DNA of 64,000 bases. Source: Fimicolochytrium jonesii (taxonomy: Eukaryota). Below the pieces are notes generated by a model, which ran no database searches, was not told the origin of the DNA, and worked only from the letters and a program-made list of their open reading frames with translations. The position numbers and the translations under genes were made by a program. The stretch covers positions 372,001 through 436,000 of the forward strand of contig NW_026515686.1 in NCBI RefSeq assembly GCF_025526975.1, in the 5' to 3' direction. How positions within the stretch are numbered: the stretch's first letter is position 1; every line of letters starts with the position of its first letter. Below are positions 60,351-64,000 of this stretch, in pieces.

Positions 60351-63179
60351 TCACTCAAACAACGGCTGCTTCTCATCAAACCACCACGTCTTGACGGTGC
60401 GGTCGTCCGAGCAGCTCGCAAACAGCGACTGGCGCGACGCCCACACGGCGCCGTAGACGACGCCGCGGTGCCCGCGCAGCTTTTGGAGAATGTCGCCTTT
60501 TGCTGAGTCCCAGATGTAGACGATGCCGTCCTGAAGGAGTGAGGTGGTGAGGGGAACGTATAAGAGGTGGTCAGACACAGATGGGGGGGTGATGTGGTAA
60601 GGCTGGACACGTACCTCGGACCCGCCCACGACGAGGGCGTCGCCAGCAAAGGACGCCTTGACGAAATTGGTGGATGTGTTTTGATGGCCTTTGAATTTCC
60701 GTATTGGTTTCAGCTGTAGGAGAGAAGTAATCAGAAGTCAGACGGTACTTGAAGACACCCGGCCAGTGATTCGAGGGGACTCCCAGTATCCTGCCCATAC
60801 CATGCGAATATCCCACAACCGATTCGAGTTATCCTTCGAGCTGCTCAGTAGCAATGTTCCGTTCGAAGACATCTCCACACAGGTAACTTCCCCCAAATGC
60901 GATGTTATCGTCCGGATGCACAGGCCTACCGGGAAGTATACAATAGACTGGATCAGCTCAAGCGACCTGCGCGCATGTGGCAGACTTCCCGATAGCTCAC
61001 CCGAGACGATATCCCAGAACTTTATGGTGTTATCTTTCGATCCACTAATGACGAGATTTCCCAGCGGGTTGAAAATGGTCTGCGACACCGACAACTGATG
61101 TCCCGTAAACGACTTGACCACGACACCGCGTTCAATATCATACAGCCGCGTCGTCTTATCGTATCCGCCCGTGACCACATGCCGTCCCGCCGGGTGTATC
61201 CTAACCGAATACACATCGCCCTGATTCTCCTCCAGCGTCGACGAGCAGGCGACTTTCCCCGGGCGATGGTCCCACAGCTTGACGGTACCGTCCCCAGACG
61301 CGCTCGCGAGCAGGGTGCCTGTTTTATTTGAGGTGACGTCCCAGATGCGGGAGGCGTGACCCTCGAGGGTGAATTGGCACTCGCCTGTTTCCGTGTTCCA
61401 GATCCGGCAGGTGTTGTCGCTGGAGCCGGAGATCAGGGAGAGGCCTTCTTCGCCGATGAAGTCGACGCATTTGACGTTGCCTTTGTGCCCGGCGAAGGTT
61501 GTTCGTACGGCGTTGGGGATCATCGGGCATTGGTAGTCCTCGAGGAGGGTGGTGACGCGCGGGGCTATGCGGGGATGATAGCGGGAGGATTCGATCTGGT
61601 AGGCGACGGCTTGGCGGAGCATGTTGAGGAGGCGTTGTGGGGGGACGTAGACCGAGCCTGTAAGGAAGTTGGGAACGATGTGAGTAATCTGGACTATGAG
61701 CCCTTGACTGGGCTATCAGTGGCACAGACCTTCACGATCCGCGGATTCGAAATCGATCATGTTCTGGAACTGCTCGGCCAGCTTTTCCCTTGTGGATGAC
61801 CCACAGAATCAGCCATCAAATGCGTACATGCAGACACTCAAGTGGTTCTTTTCCGCCCACCTCGCGCCTGTGATCCCATCCCAGTTTTTGAACGATGGTG
61901 CGTCCAGGGCGGATTTTGCGGTAAGGAGATAACATAGGTCTTTGAACTCGTTCGGCGTAGTTTGAAGGTGCTCCAGCGGTTTTATTCTCTTGTTAAGATG
62001 TGTGAAAGCCTAAAGGCGACAACCGTGACGATGAAAGGTCCGTTCGGTTTCATGGTCTGGATATTGACACCAGTGCGGAGATCCCAACCTTCTGTATCTC
62101 GTGGTGCTCAATGTACTCCAGGTATTGTTGTTTGTAAACAGCATACAGGAAGCTTTTTTGGTTCTTCAGCAGAGTCTTCGAACATAACCGATCGACTTCC
62201 GCCCAATCTCCGTCTGATGGTTTGTCGATTCGTTTGTGGGATGGTCGATGATGTAGAGGAAGCAGCAGAGATGAGAAACTGGGCATAGAGACGGAAACTC
62301 GGCTCCTCCGTCAACCATGTCCCTCATGCCGGCATGCAATCCCAAAACTCACCCAGCACGGCCTTGCGCATGCGTCTTATCTCGATCTGCCGCTCTTCGC
62401 GCTCATACGTCTTAACGTTGGCCTCGTCCAGCAGGGTCATCTTGGACGCATGGTACCCGCCGTCATGGAGGTACTGCACCACCATGCGCACAATGTCCTG
62501 TTGGTCAAATGATTTGGAGATGCTCAGCGATGAAATGCCACGCACAAGGCCCGATACGTTTGCCCGAAAATCGCATGTCGCCTGCAGTTCATTGACAGTT
62601 GATCCCATCCCCCGAACCGCAACATACCTCCTTGATGCGCTCCTCATTCACGTTGAAGATATCGTCCGTTGGCCGTATCGCTGTCGGCTGTATGCCGACA
62701 TGCTTCTGATTTGCCGCAATCGTCACCAGACTGCTCACCGCAATATGGAGGGACACGAATCCCGACGTTAGCGCCTTCCATGTACAAACTCTCCGACCAG
62801 GCCCCCACATTCCCCTCACGTGGGAGCTCCCACGGTGCAAGCTGACAGCGCTCAACCAATCGTACAGTAACCCGTCCCCTCTCTCGCTTTAGGCTCCTCA
62901 CCTGCTCCGCCGCGACTCCACCGTCGTCCCCGTTGCTGTCTCCTGTGCCACTGATGTCTCCGAGCTCCGCAGCGGCCGCTCCTCCGGATCTACCACGGTC
63001 CCAGCCTCCATCGCCCGCCCCACCGCTGCTTCCACCTCCTTTTTCGGCGCTGTCAGGCCGTTATGATCTTGAGCAGCAACGAACCATAAGATATGCGGGC
63101 TGTGAACGACATGAACGGAACTTTGAAGACCCTGACGGTTACCTGTGGTAGCAGCCTCCGTCGACGTCGGCTGAGACAT
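60351..63179 (-). CDS. LisH/CTLH and WD40-repeat protein; multi-exon
   Basis: LisH IVRMVVQYLHDGGYHAS..TLLDE; CTLH DGDWAEVD...YKQQYLEYIE; VPPQRLLNMLRQAVAYQ; multiple GH...WD repeats. Confidence 0.9.
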
Positions 63180-64000
63180 TCGGCCTCCGCTTCTCTCCTA
63201 GTGTTCCAGGTCTATGTTTTGTGTCGTTAGCTCTTCCAAGCCTGTTCGAGCTGTTTCTGGCGTCCCGCAGGAATGCGACACTTGTTGTTCACAAAACTCT
63301 GACGTTCCGGCGCCGAAGTTGGACAGCCTCCCACCGATACTGGAGCTGAACTTTATGTATATATATGTGAGGTAGTGACACTCAAGTGTCAAGCGGACCT
63401 CTAGTGTTTTCAATGGAGCTTGAATGGAGCTCAGAATGGAGCTTCTTTACGCGGCCGGACATCCCTGCAGTCATCCCCCCACCTCCAAAAACACACAGGT
63501 GTCTTGGGCTAGACGTAGCAAACCACCGGCAGCATGCTTTGCCCTGTTTCACCCAGCTTCCGTTTGAGCAAACCAGCTTGGACGTCTTGGACGGTTTCGA
63601 ATTCGTACGGGAAGTGTTATTGTTCCTTGGCAATGCCAGCTGTGGAAGCTCTGCTTGAGAAACCGCCTACATGGTGAGTACCACCCAGCTTTGCTAGACG
63701 CACTGCTAATGGTATTTGGACCACTGGCTCAAGTAGGGAAAGGTTTACTGCTGTTTCGCAGTCCAGAAGTGTTATGGGAGGGTATCGAGCACAGACTACT
63801 ATATGGAACAATTCTGCACGCCATCGGCCTTCCTGTTATCCCTGGCGACGAGAACGAAGGCCTCACGGATCTCCCTATCAGACATCCACGCATACGCAGT
63901 GACCAACCATCAACGCTCGAAAGGTCAGCGGCATTTGAGGCGAAACGTGACGAATCGGAGATCGAATGCAGCCCCGCCACAGGAAGGCAGCAGCCTTGGC

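Overview
Intron-rich, GC-rich eukaryotic nuclear DNA from a fungus, probably an early-diverging lineage such as a chytrid (inferred from gene content and short GT-AG introns). The conserved backbone is: DPH5 3' end, DNMT2/TRDMT1, RhoGAP, BNR_4 beta-propeller, UBP8-like deubiquitinase, RGS-like gene, SEC8, F-box/LRR, RPN7, RLP24, eIF3e, SMYD, an AT-hook-GST fusion, a second F-box/LRR, BTB, MIT and LisH/CTLH-WD40 genes. Three accessory islands interrupt it. (1) ~6.3-9.9 kb: a metallophosphoesterase pseudogene and a Ty3/gypsy gag-protease relic. (2) ~35.8-42.3 kb: a chromovirus integrase-PPT-LTR fragment joined on both sides to intronless antisense orphan ORFs, one with a motif resembling viral cap methyltransferases; this is a candidate retrotransposon-mediated endogenous RNA-virus element. 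The island also holds a small secreted Cys-rich peptide gene and an F-box pseudogene. (3) ~45.1-50.1 kb: a TA-flanked MITE carrying telomeric repeats, an 81-bp tandem array, and a chimeric ORF starting with a copy of UBP8 exon 1. Also seen: a short palindromic repeat family in three long introns, and sub-kilobase alternation of C-rich and G-rich blocks within genes. No database searches were run, so family calls rest on motifs recognised by eye and exon boundaries are approximate.
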